Assembly (NCBI GenBank): GCA_963811005.1
Contig: CAWEPS010000043.1
Coordinates: 1-18,600 of the forward strand
Source: an uncultured bacterium
GTDB lineage: Bacteria; Babelota; Babeliae; Babelales; Vermiphilaceae
DNA: 18,600 nt
Direction: 5' to 3'
In this document: in pieces, positions 1 through 8,269 of the stretch
How positions within the stretch are numbered: position 1 is the stretch's first letter
How the letters are laid out: every line of letters begins with the position of its first letter
The notes under the pieces: generated by a model
The model's input: the letters and a program-made list of their open reading frames with translations, nothing else
The model's database searches: none
Told to the model about the DNA's origin: nothing
Position numbers and translations under genes: made by a program

Positions 1-430
1 TCGCCACACTAAGACTTTATTAATAGTTCGAAAGCAACCAGATGCAAAAAGTAACCGTATGGGCATTCATGACGCTTATGATATTCCTGAGCGCGACTAT
101 GCAAGCACAATCAAATTCAAAGCCTTGGACCACTGAAAATGGGACCATTAAAGCCTCATTAGTGTTCAGGATCATTGTGCGCAGGTGCTGGTATTGGTCA
201 CTCGGTATCAAAAAATTTTTTATTTCACCGCTGTGGTGTTGGTGGACTATGTGGTATGAGTTTGCTCGCGCTTTTAGCAGGATTATTCTATGGAAGGTTC
301 ATCCGAGCCTGTTGAGCGTGTTAACCTTATTGGATATTTAAAGGCATTAGCAGGCGATAAAACTGCAAGAAATCAGATAGCAGGATGTCTGTTAATTGGC
401 TTTGGTATTGGCAGCTGCCCATTTAATCTT
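1..430 (+). other. Possible remnant of a degraded gene (unknown, maybe membrane/transport protein); coding-like segments in three different + frames
   Basis: ORF 42-341 plus two other-frame pieces: ...LLIVRKQPDAKSNRMGIHDAYDIPERDYASTIKFKALDH*, ...SLCAGAGIGHSVSKNFLF...LLALLAGLFYGRF..., and KALAGDKTARNQIAGCLLIGFGIGSCPFNL* ending ~430. No single frame is open across the region, there is no obvious RBS at 42, and the window edge truncates it. I cannot assign a family. Confidence 0.2.
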
Positions 431-478
431 TAAATAGATGATACAGATAATGTTCAGGATTATCTAAAAACTGTTTTG

Positions 479-1090
479 TTATGCGATAATGGTGCGTATC
501 GGTATAGGCAATGCGGTTAATCTATCTGCATCGCATGAATAAATGGTAGCGCCAGGATACGCGAGCAATAATGGTGAGTGGGTTGCAGTAATAAATTGCG
601 CATTAGATTTTTTCCACATCTGATTGATAATAACCAGTAATGAGAGTTGCCGCTGAGGTGAGAGTGCTGCTTCAGGTTCATCAAATATAAAAAATCCGTT
701 TCCTAAACAGTTGTTAAAAAACGATAAAAAGCTTTCGCCATGAGACTGTTCATGCAGAGATTTGCCACCGTAGGGATCATAGGCTCGCGCATCATAGCCA
801 GCTATGCCATCGATATCATTGGCGACATTAAAAAAGCTTTCTGCTCTAAAAAAATAGCCATATGGTGGCTTATAACGCCAGGAAAGCGTAAAGCTTTCGG
901 CAAGATTTGTGTGCCGGCATAGGTATTTTCTTGTGATGTTTTAAAATTGATGTTTTTACTGCCGCCTTCAGCACCAAATCCAGCCTTATGAGCAATAGCG
1001 CCTAAGATGGTTATTTACCGGTACCATTTTCCCCTACCAAGAAGGTTACTGGTGAGGTGAATTCAATAGTATGCAATGATTTAATAATAG
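479..1090 (-). pseudogene. Degraded AAA-type ATPase (COG3910-like 'predicted ATPase' with Walker A and YGGxSLHExSHGESF motif); start codon lost and at least 2 frame disruptions
   Basis: Minus-strand translation gives ...IIKSLHTIEFTSPVTFLVGENGTGK* (Walker A GENGTGK followed immediately by a stop). The next frame gives TILGAIAHKAGFGAEGGSKNINFKTSQENTYAGTQILPKALRFPGVISHH...MA*. The next frame gives DIDGIAGYDARAYDPYGGKSLHEQSHGESFLSFFNNCLGNGFFIFDEPEAALSPQRQLSLLVIINQMWKKSNAQFITATHSPLLLAYPGATIYSCDADRLTALPIPIRTIIA* (stop at 479-481). The N-terminal IIKSL has ATT not ATG. The ORF track only sees the antisense ORF 740-922. Confidence 0.55.
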
Positions 1091-1268
1091 GTAGGCAAAA
1101 GGGATACTGCTCAACGTTGATGGTATGAGCAAAGGCAACTTTGACCGTATCGAGTGCCGGGCCATCAAATAGAAGTTTTTATTGGTAGTTTTTTTCATAT
1201 TAAGCGTTAGCGCTGGATTCTTTACTCTTTACGGCGTCTTCTATTTTTGCATATATGATTGCGGACTG

Positions 1269-1466
1269 CTAACCGTTTAGGGGATTTCCTTTTTGTGCGT
1301 TTTGCTCCACAACTACTGCAACTAGCTCTTTGGCATGTGCAGGCGCATGGGCATGCATATGAGAGTTACTATTGAGTTGATGGTGGGCTGTATCAAGATA
1401 AATGTACGAATTGGTAAAAAATGAACCAGCGAATAATGCGGTAACCGCAAGTCGAACCGACTTCAT
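1269..1466 (-). CDS. Small (65 aa) secreted histidine-rich protein, putative periplasmic metal-binding protein
   Basis: Intact ORF. N-terminal signal-like MKSVRLAVTALFAGSFFTNSYIYL, then HHQLNSNSHMHAHAPAHAKE (8 His in about 20 residues). An RBS-like GAAAGGA lies 5 nt before the ATG on the minus strand. Confidence 0.45.
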   Translation of the reverse strand: MKSVRLAVTALFAGSFFTNSYIYLDTAHHQLNSNSHMHAHAPAHAKELVAVVVEQNAQKGNPLNG

Positions 1467-1521
1467 AAATTCCTTTCAAGAGACTCCATTAGTGGGAATA
1501 AAATATAGTAGTAATGCATAG

Positions 1522-1527
1522 ATTATA
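1522..1527 (-). promoter_or_regulatory. Candidate -10 hexamer (TATAAT on minus strand) for the His-rich protein gene
   Basis: Minus-strand sequence ...tacaacagTATAATctatgc... lies about 55 nt upstream of the ATG at 1466. No convincing -35 at 17 nt spacing, so this is weak. Confidence 0.2.
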
Positions 1528-1660
1528 CTGTTGTATGCACTAATAGTAGCGCCTAAATTTGTTTCAATAGAGCAAGGGTGTGTGTGGATGCCGGAACTTT
1601 ACGAGCTACTTTTAATGTCTTGCGCAAAGCTTGCTTGGATATCATCCGCTGCAAATGGTC

Positions 1661-2593
1661 CTACTGGCTGCCAATGGCATAATAGTAGGCGGCAGTTTTA
1701 AATACTGTAGTAGCAGCTGAAACAGCGCAGCACACAAGAGCGGTGAGAATAAGCAACAGGCCAATGAGCGGTAGCCCAACGGTGAGGAAAAGTGTTATTC
1801 CCGTTCCTGTATCAAGATAGATAGTTGCATAGAGTATGCCAAGTGATATCAAAAGCCATGCAATCAGGAGCAATCCTATTAATTGTGGCAATAAAAGCGC
1901 AGCTGCAAGATTCTCGCCAAAAGTCTTTTTCATGAGCTCTGTTGAGCGGCGTATGCTTTTGATGGCACCAAGATTTTCATGGGCAAGCACGGGGATGACC
2001 AAGAAGGTTGCGATATACCAGCCAAATTCCAGCGCTGCACCGATGAGATTGTTTAAGAATGAGCTACCTTTTCCATTCTTCCCTTTGAAAAGATTCACGA
2101 GAAGGTGAATAAAAAATGCAGACACGCTCCACATGAGTAGGGTAGGGAATCGTTTTATGCTATGCAGTAGGCTTGCACCAAGCCGTACAGGCAATCCCAT
2201 AAACGCTTGGCCGGCGGCATATGAAAGAGCCACATTAGAAACGGTAAAGAAAAATATACAAGCAAACGTGATAATGAGGCAAAAAAGTATAAATTCAATA
2301 TTAATTTCATCACCCTCAGACTCATCACTCATTGCATCATACTGGGCATAGCGATCTTTGTGTGCTTGCGGCTGGCTTTTTTGGGGGAAAAAGGCGGTTA
2401 TATGGGTATGATACAGCTGCTGATAAACAACATCATAAAGGCCAACCGTGCCAATGATTAAAATACCCGTCAGCAAAGGAAAGAAAACTAATTTTTTATG
2501 GCGCCAGATAAAGGTTAATGATTTTACAATAACAACCAATCCCTTTTTAAAGCGCATAAAAAACGATGGCTTTTTTGTGCTATTTTCATTCAT
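1661..2593 (-). CDS. Polytopic inner-membrane protein of unknown function (310 aa, about 6-7 hydrophobic helices, basic N-terminus, acidic loop DAMSDESEGDE)
   Basis: Long intact ORF with alternating hydrophobic stretches (LLTGILIIGTVGLY, FILFCLIITFACIFFFTV, WYIATFLVIPVL, LLLPQLIGLLLIAWLLISLGILYATIYL, LFLTVGLPLIGLLLILTALVCCAV). Overall resembles DUF-type membrane proteins (GP-PDE-membrane/DUF975-like topology), but I cannot name the family with certainty. Confidence 0.6.
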   Translation of the reverse strand: MNENSTKKPSFFMRFKKGLVVIVKSLTFIWRHKKLVFFPLLTGILIIGTVGLYDVVYQQLYHTHITAFFPQKSQPQAHKDRYAQYDAMSDESEGDEINIEFILFCLIITFACIFFFTVSNVALSYAAGQAFMGLPVRLGASLLHSIKRFPTLLMWSVSAFFIHLLVNLFKGKNGKGSSFLNNLIGAALEFGWYIATFLVIPVLAHENLGAIKSIRRSTELMKKTFGENLAAALLLPQLIGLLLIAWLLISLGILYATIYLDTGTGITLFLTVGLPLIGLLLILTALVCCAVSAATTVFKTAAYYYAIGSQ

Positions 2594-2745
2594 TATGGTT
2601 CCTCTTTGTATGGGTAGAATATAACAACAACCGTAGCAGGGCTATCGCGTCCATTGCAAGAATATGGCTAGGAAAAATAGCGATGCTATTGTAGGCTAGA
2701 GTCACAACAAAGAATAATATGGTATTTTGTTAGGGGAAAGCTAGT

Positions 2746-3387
2746 ATGTCTGAAGAAATAAAACATCTTATTGAGGGTAATCAGCGGTTTAGAAAGAAAT
2801 TTTTCACCGCAGATACCACGCTTTTTAATGAATTAGTAACGCAAGGGCAGCGCCCAAAGACTATGATTGTTGCCTGTTCAGATTCTCGGGTTGATCCAGC
2901 AATGATCTTTGATTGCCAGCCAGGAGAGTTATTTGTAGTGCGCAACATTGCCAATCTTGTGCCGCCCTGTGAAGGTGGGGATTCTTATCATGGCACCAGT
3001 GCGGCATTGGAATTTGGCACCTGTTTTTTACAGGTCAAGCATATTATTATATTGGGCCATACGCAATGTGGCGGGATACAAGCGCTACTTGATGCAGATA
3101 ACCCAGTGTTTCATAAACCGCACAGCTTTATTGCCAAATGGATGGAAATTGCCAAGCCAGCCTATGAAAAGGTTATGGCGCAGCATAGCAGTGCTACCAG
3201 CGGGGATAAAGCAGCGTTGTGCGGCCATTATGCGCTGCTTAATTCGCTCAATAACTTGTATACCTTTCCATGGATACAAGAACGGATTAATAGCGGAAGC
3301 TTAGCCCTGCATGCATGGTATTTTGATCTGGCAACGGGTGCTATACATAGGTATGATCAGCTGGGTAAACAATGGCTTATTTCGTAG
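2746..3387 (+). CDS. Beta-class carbonic anhydrase
   Basis: 213 aa. Hallmark beta-CA motifs: CSDSRV (Cys-x-Asp-x-Arg zinc site), FVVRNIANLVPP, HIIILGHTQCGGIQA (His-x-x-Cys zinc ligands), and N-terminal LIEGNQRFRKKFF. RBS GGGGAAAG lies upstream of the ATG. Confidence 0.9.
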   Translation: MSEEIKHLIEGNQRFRKKFFTADTTLFNELVTQGQRPKTMIVACSDSRVDPAMIFDCQPGELFVVRNIANLVPPCEGGDSYHGTSAALEFGTCFLQVKHIIILGHTQCGGIQALLDADNPVFHKPHSFIAKWMEIAKPAYEKVMAQHSSATSGDKAALCGHYALLNSLNNLYTFPWIQERINSGSLALHAWYFDLATGAIHRYDQLGKQWLIS

Positions 3388-3465
3388 CTTTGCATAGAGG
3401 TCGATAAGCTCTGTAACCTGAACTATTGCGATTCAGTCTCTATATTTGGTACTCTAAAGGGAGAT

Positions 3466-3491
3466 AAGGCCCATTTCTAGGGGCTTTTTCC
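3466..3491 (+). terminator. Weak candidate intrinsic terminator after the carbonic anhydrase gene
   Basis: AAGGCCC-atttcta-GGGGCTT imperfect 7-bp stem (one G/G mismatch) followed by TTTTTCC. Confidence 0.25.
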
Positions 3492-3534
3492 CTGTAGTAT
3501 CCCTATAAAAAAGATTGAGAATAAGGAGATTGTC

Positions 3535-4125
3535 ATGAAGAATATCGTAATCGCTACTATTGTGCTGAGTATAAGCGCCACTCTTTGGGCGGCAGGGCCT
3601 GAGACTCTTAAACCAGCTGTAATGCCAATGCCCGCCCCTGAAGCAGCGCAACCCTCTGGCCAGGATTGGTGGCAACAGATGATGGCAGAGCAAGAAGCCA
3701 AAGAGAAGGCTGCACAAAATGAGTATCAAAATAATAAAGCGGTGTATGATGGGATTATAGCTGCTATTTTTGCATTACCTAATAATAGCGCTGTGCGAGC
3801 TCAATTAGATCAGTTTGTACAAAGTATAATAACTACCTTTGCAGGCTCATTAAATGATGCTCAAAAAGCAAAAGTTGCCAATGTAGTGAAACTGTTTAAA
3901 CAACAGCTTGAGCTAGAAATAAGTGGTAGAGGCTTTGATTGGAATGATCCTATGAGCCAACAGCTTAGAGCTGCGGAGGCACCATTTACGCAAGCAATGA
4001 ATGCTAATTCATCAATTCAACAACAATCGCAACAGGCAATGCAGAATGCTTTGATACTCTTTTTAGATGATGTATCCAAAGCATTGCAAACTTACTCAAG
4101 CAGCGCAATAAGAATTTTGCTCTAA
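3535..4125 (+). CDS. Secreted Gln/Ala-rich alpha-helical protein of unknown function (196 aa)
   Basis: Strong RBS (ATAAGGAGATTGTC-ATG). Signal peptide MKNIVIATIVLSISATLWA-AGP. The mature part is Q/A/N-rich with no recognisable enzymatic motif. Followed by a clean hairpin terminator. Confidence 0.55.
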   Translation: MKNIVIATIVLSISATLWAAGPETLKPAVMPMPAPEAAQPSGQDWWQQMMAEQEAKEKAAQNEYQNNKAVYDGIIAAIFALPNNSAVRAQLDQFVQSIITTFAGSLNDAQKAKVANVVKLFKQQLELEISGRGFDWNDPMSQQLRAAEAPFTQAMNANSSIQQQSQQAMQNALILFLDDVSKALQTYSSSAIRILL

Positions 4126-4132
4126 CAAATAC

Positions 4133-4165
4133 AAAGCCCAGCATGAGTGCTGGGCTTTGTATTTT
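4133..4165. terminator. Bidirectional rho-independent terminator shared by convergent genes 3535-4125 (+) and 4164-4652 (-)
   Basis: AAAGCCCAGCA-tgag-TGCTGGGCTTT is a perfect 11-bp stem with a 4-nt loop. It is followed by GTATTTT on + and preceded by A-rich sequence (T-rich on minus). The minus-strand gene's stop codon abuts the stem. Confidence 0.7.
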
Positions 4166-4652
4166 ACCTGTATGAAGCAAAAATCTGAGTGAAATACCAG
4201 TACCCTTGCGCAGTGCAATAGACACCAATACCGCAATGGGTATAGGAGCCAACGATATTTTTAAGGTGGCCAGCTGACTTGATCCACCCATCAATGGCTA
4301 TAAAGGCCAAATCGCCTCTCATATTGTAGCAGATAAACACATTCTCAGCGGCAGAGCGGGGATGGACAGGTAATGTTGCAATACGCTTGTTAAAGCCATC
4401 ATGCCCAAAGCCAACCTTATGGGTTCCCATATTTTTGGAATGGTTGAGTGCTATAGTGGCCAATGACCCGTCCCAGATTAAGGGAGATAGGCCCTTTTTA
4501 ATGCGAAACTGATTAGTATATTCAAGAGCTTTTTTTGCCAATTCTAGGGTTAATGTCTGGGTTGTTGCTGTCTTTTTAGGTTTGGCTATGCTCAGGGGTA
4601 CATAGGTGAAGGTGATAAGTGTAAGGGGTATTAGTATACGAAATATATGCAT
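4164..4652 (-). CDS. Secreted CAP/SCP-domain protein (bacterial YkwD-like, PR-1 superfamily)
   Basis: ATG at 4652 preceded by GGAG 6 nt upstream (the ORF track extends to a TTG at 4664). Signal peptide MHIFRILIPLTLITFTYVPLSIA. CAP motifs: LELAKKALEYTNQFRIKKGLSPLIWDGSLATIALNHSKNM, FICYNMRGD, GHLKNIVGSYTHCGIGVY. Confidence 0.75.
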   Translation of the reverse strand: MHIFRILIPLTLITFTYVPLSIAKPKKTATTQTLTLELAKKALEYTNQFRIKKGLSPLIWDGSLATIALNHSKNMGTHKVGFGHDGFNKRIATLPVHPRSAAENVFICYNMRGDLAFIAIDGWIKSAGHLKNIVGSYTHCGIGVYCTAQGYWYFTQIFASYR

Positions 4653-4676
4653 AGTAAGCTCCAAAAGGGTTATAAT

Positions 4677-4691
4677 CTATATCTAGTATAG
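4677..4691. promoter_or_regulatory. Near-palindromic 15-mer (CTATAtCTAGTATAG) overlapping the predicted promoter (-35 TTGTAT / 16 nt / -10 TATACT on minus strand) of the CAP-domain gene; candidate operator
   Basis: Read directly. The CTATA...TATAG arms are reverse complements around a central CTAG with one extra T. The minus-strand reading ttgtatataaccgttaacaaacTATACTagatatag places TATACT inside the palindrome, about 25 nt upstream of the RBS. Confidence 0.2.
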
Positions 4692-4780
4692 TTTGTTAAC
4701 GGTTATATACAAAGGGGCTAGGTGGGTAGGCAGATACTCTATAAAAGCCCTCGGGGATGACCCATTTTGCCCCATATGCC

Positions 4781-4808
4781 TTTACAAAGAGCCATTTATA
4801 CGTAATAC
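4781..4808 (+). promoter_or_regulatory. Candidate sigma70-like promoter for the rpmE-prfA unit (-35 TTTACA, 16-nt spacer, -10 TAATAC)
   Basis: TTTACAaagagccatttatacgTAATACtatatg lies about 35 nt upstream of the AAGGAG RBS and ATG at 4847. Confidence 0.3.
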
Positions 4809-4846
4809 TATATGATATTTTTATACGAATCTAAGGAGTATTTTTC

Positions 4847-5058
4847 ATGAAAAAGACAATACAGCCAGAAGTCCACGCTATTACCGCTCGCTGCGCTTGT
4901 GGGAATGCCTTCTATCAGCCCAACTTCTACTAATAAAGAGATCAGGGTAACGATCTGTTCTCACTGCCATCCATTCTATACCGGTGCACAAAAATTTGTG
5001 GATAACAGCTGGTAGAATTGAGAAATTCGAGCAAAAATACAAGAAAAAAGCTAAGTAA
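4847..5058 (+). pseudogene. rpmE: Ribosomal protein L31 (zinc-ribbon, C+ type) disrupted by two +1 frameshifts
   Basis: Good RBS (TAAGGAGTATTTTTC-ATG). Frame 0 gives [20 protein letters not shown] then AFYQPNFY**. The +1 frame continues [31 protein letters not shown], then hits NSW*. A further +1 frame gives [17 protein letters not shown] (stop 5056-5058). Concatenated, this is a canonical 69-aa L31 (CxC...CxxCH). The second shift looks like an extra A in 'ataaca'. Confidence 0.7.
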
Positions 5059-5066
5059 TTGCGCTT

Positions 5067-6143
5067 ATGACAGTTCAATGGGATGTGCTACAAAAGCGCC
5101 ATGATGAGCTAGTAGCAGAGCTCACAAGCCCATCGCTTGAGAATACCAAGCGATTTGAGCTGCAAAAAGAGCTTGCGCGGCTTACCGCTTTGTTGCAGCG
5201 ACACACTAAAATTGTAGACCTAGAAAAACAGCTTGCTGATAATAAGGTACAGGCATCGGCTAATAGTGATCCTGAAATGGCAGAGCTTTTTGCGCAGGAG
5301 TCTGTTTCATTAGAGCAAGCATTAGCCCAAGAAGCTAGTGCTCTTGAGGATATTCTTTATCCCCCAAATGAGCATGATAATCGTTCAGTCTATTTAGAAA
5401 TTCGTGCGGGCACAGGAGGCAAAGAGGCCTCCTTATTTGCTGCAGATTTACTGAAAATGTATACCAACTATGCGTTGCGCAAGGGTTGGAAGGTATCAGT
5501 AGATAGTTCAAGTGAAACTGATCTAGGTGGTCTGCGTGAAGTGGTACTCCACATCAAAGGTAAAGAAGTATACGGCTATCTTAAGCAAGAATCTGGTGTG
5601 CATCGCGTGCAGCGTGTACCATCTACAGAGACGCAAGGCAGAATTCATACGTCTACCGCTACGGTAGCAGTTTTGCCTGAGGCAGAAGAAGTTGATGTGA
5701 CTATTAATCCCGCTGATTTGCGTATTGATGTATACCGTTCGGGTGGAGCTGGTGGCCAACACGTTAATACTACCGATTCTGCCGTCCGCATTACCCATAT
5801 TCCTACCGGTGCTGTAGTTGCATGCCAAGATGAGCGTTCGCAACATAAAAATAAAGCCAAAGCCATGAAGATGTTGCAATCACGTATTTTGGCAGCTCAA
5901 GTTGAAAAACAACAAGCTGAACAAAGTCAGCAACGCAAAGATCTAGTAGGCACAGGAATGCGTTCTGAAAAAGTGCGCACCTATAACTATCCGCAAAATC
6001 GTGTAACGGATCATCAAGTTGAACTGACGCTCAATAAATTGGATATTATTATGACGGGTGATTTGGATGATATCATGCAAGCACTGCGCAATAAAGATCG
6101 CGAACAACGGCGGCAGCAGCAATCAATAATTGTTAAAAAGTAG
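5067..6143 (+). CDS. prfA: Peptide chain release factor 1 (RF-1)
   Basis: 358 aa, intact. Motifs: [37 protein letters not shown] (PxT tripeptide typical of RF1, here PST), and GGQ motif [24 protein letters not shown]...[15 protein letters not shown]. Starts 8 nt after the rpmE stop. It has no internal in-frame stop, so it is not the frameshifted RF2. Confidence 0.95.
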   Translation: MTVQWDVLQKRHDELVAELTSPSLENTKRFELQKELARLTALLQRHTKIVDLEKQLADNKVQASANSDPEMAELFAQESVSLEQALAQEASALEDILYPPNEHDNRSVYLEIRAGTGGKEASLFAADLLKMYTNYALRKGWKVSVDSSSETDLGGLREVVLHIKGKEVYGYLKQESGVHRVQRVPSTETQGRIHTSTATVAVLPEAEEVDVTINPADLRIDVYRSGGAGGQHVNTTDSAVRITHIPTGAVVACQDERSQHKNKAKAMKMLQSRILAAQVEKQQAEQSQQRKDLVGTGMRSEKVRTYNYPQNRVTDHQVELTLNKLDIIMTGDLDDIMQALRNKDREQRRQQQSIIVKK

Positions 6144-6167
6144 CAAAATCTTGCTACTTTTTTTTTG
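6141..6167 (+). terminator. Intrinsic terminator after prfA
   Basis: TAGCAA-aatc-TTGCTA (6-bp stem that includes the stop codon) followed by CTTTTTTTTTG. Confidence 0.55.
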
Positions 6168-7451
6168 ACTATAAAGATCATACTCAAATGGACATACATG
6201 TCATTGTTTCATTATCTGATGGAATATAATCGCTATCTTAACATTATTGGCATAGGCGTGATCATTGCCATAGCGTTGCTTTTTTCACACAAAAGATCGG
6301 CTATCAATATAAAACTTATCATTAATGCGCTCGTATTACAGTTTATTCTGGGGTTTGGAGTGCTTAAAACAAGCGTAGGGAAAGCCATTGTTGGTGCATT
6401 AGCATACGGAGCTAGCACTATGTATGAATTTGCTGAAGAAGGTATTAATTTTGTTTTTGGCGGACTAGCGGATCCACAGGGCCGTGGGGATTTATTTTTG
6501 CCGTAATGTTCTGCCTGTCATTATATTTTTTGGTGCATTAACCGCGTTATTATTCCATTGGGGTATTGTTCACAAAGTTGTGCATGCCATTAACTGTTGT
6601 TATACGGCCATTATTAGGCACTTCCGGCGCTGAAACATTATGCGCTATCAGCAAATAGCTTTTTGGGGCAGACAGAGGCGCCCTTATTAGTGCGTAATTA
6701 TTTAAGAGAGATGACTAAGTCAGAAATATTGGTGGTTATGGTCAGTGGCATGGCAACTATCAGCGGATCGATTTTAGTAGTGTTTGCTGCTATGGGCGTG
6801 CCAGCAGAGCATATGCTGGCGCGAGTGTGATGGCGATACCATGCATCAATTATGATTGCAAAAATTTTGTTCCAGAAACAGAGCAGACGGCAACACGCGA
6901 TGGCATTAAGATTGAAAAGTCATCCCGTTCTGCTAACGCATTTGATGCAATAGCAACAGGGACTTTAGATGGCTTACAGCTCGCAGTTAATGTGGCGGCG
7001 ATGCTTATAGCATTTTTGGCATTGTTAGCATTGCTCAATGCGATCCTTGCACTACCATCCACATATCTCAATCTTTGGTTAGGTCTTGCGTTACCAGTTT
7101 TGAGTTTGGACTATATATTTTCTTTATTGGTGCGCCATTTGCCTATTTCTAGGCTTTACCGGCGCAGATATTTGGGTAGCAGGCAAGTTGTTGGGTACCA
7201 AGGTAGCCGTCAATGAGTTGATCGCCTATGGCACTATGGTTTCTGCGCATTTGCCAGAGCGTGTGGTTGCTATTATGACCTATGCATTATGTGGTTTTTC
7301 TAATTTTTCATGTATTGGTATTCAGGTAGGCGGCATTGGTGCGTTAGTGCCAGAAAAACGTGCATGGATTACCGAGTTTGGCTTGTATGCTGTTTTGGGC
7401 GGTGCACTGTCTAATTTATTAACGGCAATGATTGCGGCATTATTAATTTAA
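6165..7451 (+). pseudogene. nupC: NupC-family concentrative nucleoside transporter, heavily degraded (at least 5 frameshifts or stops)
   Basis: Fragments in all three + frames align colinearly with NupC as remembered: the N-terminal ...NIIGIGVIIAIALLFSHKR...VLQFILGFGVLKTSVGKAIVGALAYGASTMYEFAEEGINFVFGGLADPQGRGDLF (stop 6506); then VMFCLSLYFLVH*, FGALTALLFHWGIVHKVVHAINCC, RPLLGTSGAETLCAISK*, ...EKSSRSANAFDAIATGTLDGLQLAVNVAAMLIAFLALLALLNAILAL...; and the C-terminal ...VAVNELIAYGTMVSAHLPERVVAIMTYALCGFSNFSCIGIQVGGIGALVPEKRAWITEFGLYAVLGGALSNLLTAMIAALLI* (7451). Confidence 0.8.
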
Positions 7452-7469
7452 GTAGCTAAGGAATTTTTT

Positions 7470-8255
7470 ATGGAACAGATTAACAGTATAAAAATAATAT
7501 TCTGGACGATCGTTGTTGTGGTAGGGTTGCTTTTGCTCTATCTGTTAAAGCCTTTTTATATTGTGCATCCAGGGTTTACGGCCTTGCAAGTTCGGCTTGG
7601 TAATATACAGCAGGTGCATAAAGAGGGGGGTATCTATTTTAAGATACCATTTATTGATTCAATTATAGAAATGCCTAACGGCATTCAGCGTGCAGCGATA
7701 GAAACAAGCGCTTTATCTAAAGATTTGCAAAATATATCTATAGGTATTGATGTTAACTATCGCTATGTAGATGAGATAGAGCTGTATAAAGCTACGCGTG
7801 GCAAAGCAGAAGACATAGTCTTGGTTCCTTTTTGCCATGAAAGCATCAAGGCTGTGATTGCACAATATACTGCAGAAGATCTTATCCAAAATAGACATGC
7901 GGCTAAAGATAAAATCTATCTTGATTTAAAGGAGCGTTTGCGTCCACATTTTATTGAGTTTATCGAAGTGAACTTTTCTCATGCGGATTTTTCACCAGAA
8001 TTTATCAGAGCGGTAGAAAGCAAGCAGATAGCGCATCAAGAGTCTATGATGGCTAAAAATATCACCGAAAAAATACGAGAAACTGCAGCGCAAACAAAAT
8101 TAATGGCAGACGCTGAAGCATATGCGCAACAAGTTAAAAAACAGTCTGCAACAAAAGAGCTGGCACAATTAAAAGCAATCGAAAAATGGGATGGTATATT
8201 ACCAAAGGTTGTGAGTGGGCCTATTCCATTCTTGGATATCGATAAGTATCAATAG
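7470..8255 (+). CDS. SPFH/band-7 (prohibitin-family) membrane-anchored protein
   Basis: 261 aa. RBS AAGGAA. Single N-terminal TM (IIFWTIVVVVGLLLLYLL) followed by a PHB-like core (HPGFTALQVRLGNIQQVHKEGGIYFKIPFIDSIIEMP...AEDLIQNRHAAKDKIYLDLKERL...) and a C-terminal coiled-coil/Ala-Gln-rich tail. This is the typical prohibitin/HflC-like architecture. Confidence 0.85.
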   Translation: MEQINSIKIIFWTIVVVVGLLLLYLLKPFYIVHPGFTALQVRLGNIQQVHKEGGIYFKIPFIDSIIEMPNGIQRAAIETSALSKDLQNISIGIDVNYRYVDEIELYKATRGKAEDIVLVPFCHESIKAVIAQYTAEDLIQNRHAAKDKIYLDLKERLRPHFIEFIEVNFSHADFSPEFIRAVESKQIAHQESMMAKNITEKIRETAAQTKLMADAEAYAQQVKKQSATKELAQLKAIEKWDGILPKVVSGPIPFLDIDKYQ

Positions 8256-8269
8256 CTATAAGCATTAGG

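Noticed and set aside
1440-1466. tRNA T-arm-like sequence GGTTCGACT on the minus strand
   Set aside because: It lies inside the start of the His-rich ORF (codons M-K-S-V-R-L). There is no acceptor stem, D-arm or CCA context, so it is not a tRNA.
1836-2351. ORFs 1836-2108 (+) and 2133-2351 (+), plus similar antisense ORFs at 2948-3304, 3085-3279, 5523-5879, 5645-5866, 9534-9791, 9868-10125, 10684-10917, 12109-12357, 14933-15151 and 16201-16503
   Set aside because: These are shadow ORFs lying entirely within, and antisense or out of frame to, well-supported genes. They have no RBS or family resemblance.
3454-3729. Minus-strand ORFs 3454-3729 and 3477-3701 overlapping the start of the secreted Q-rich gene
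   Set aside because: They are antisense to a gene with a strong RBS and signal peptide. Their low-complexity translations are typical of spurious frames.
4671-4676. Perfect TATAAT on the + strand as the rpmE promoter -10
   Set aside because: It would sit about 170 nt upstream of the ATG and inside or adjacent to the CAP gene start, with no matching -35. The TTTACA/TAATAC pair at 4781-4808 is better placed.
5067-6143. Possible RF2-style programmed +1 frameshift in the release-factor gene
   Set aside because: The protein is RF1-like (PST/PxT anticodon motif, N-terminal region as in PrfA), and the ORF is continuous with no in-frame early UGA or CUU-UGA shifty site.
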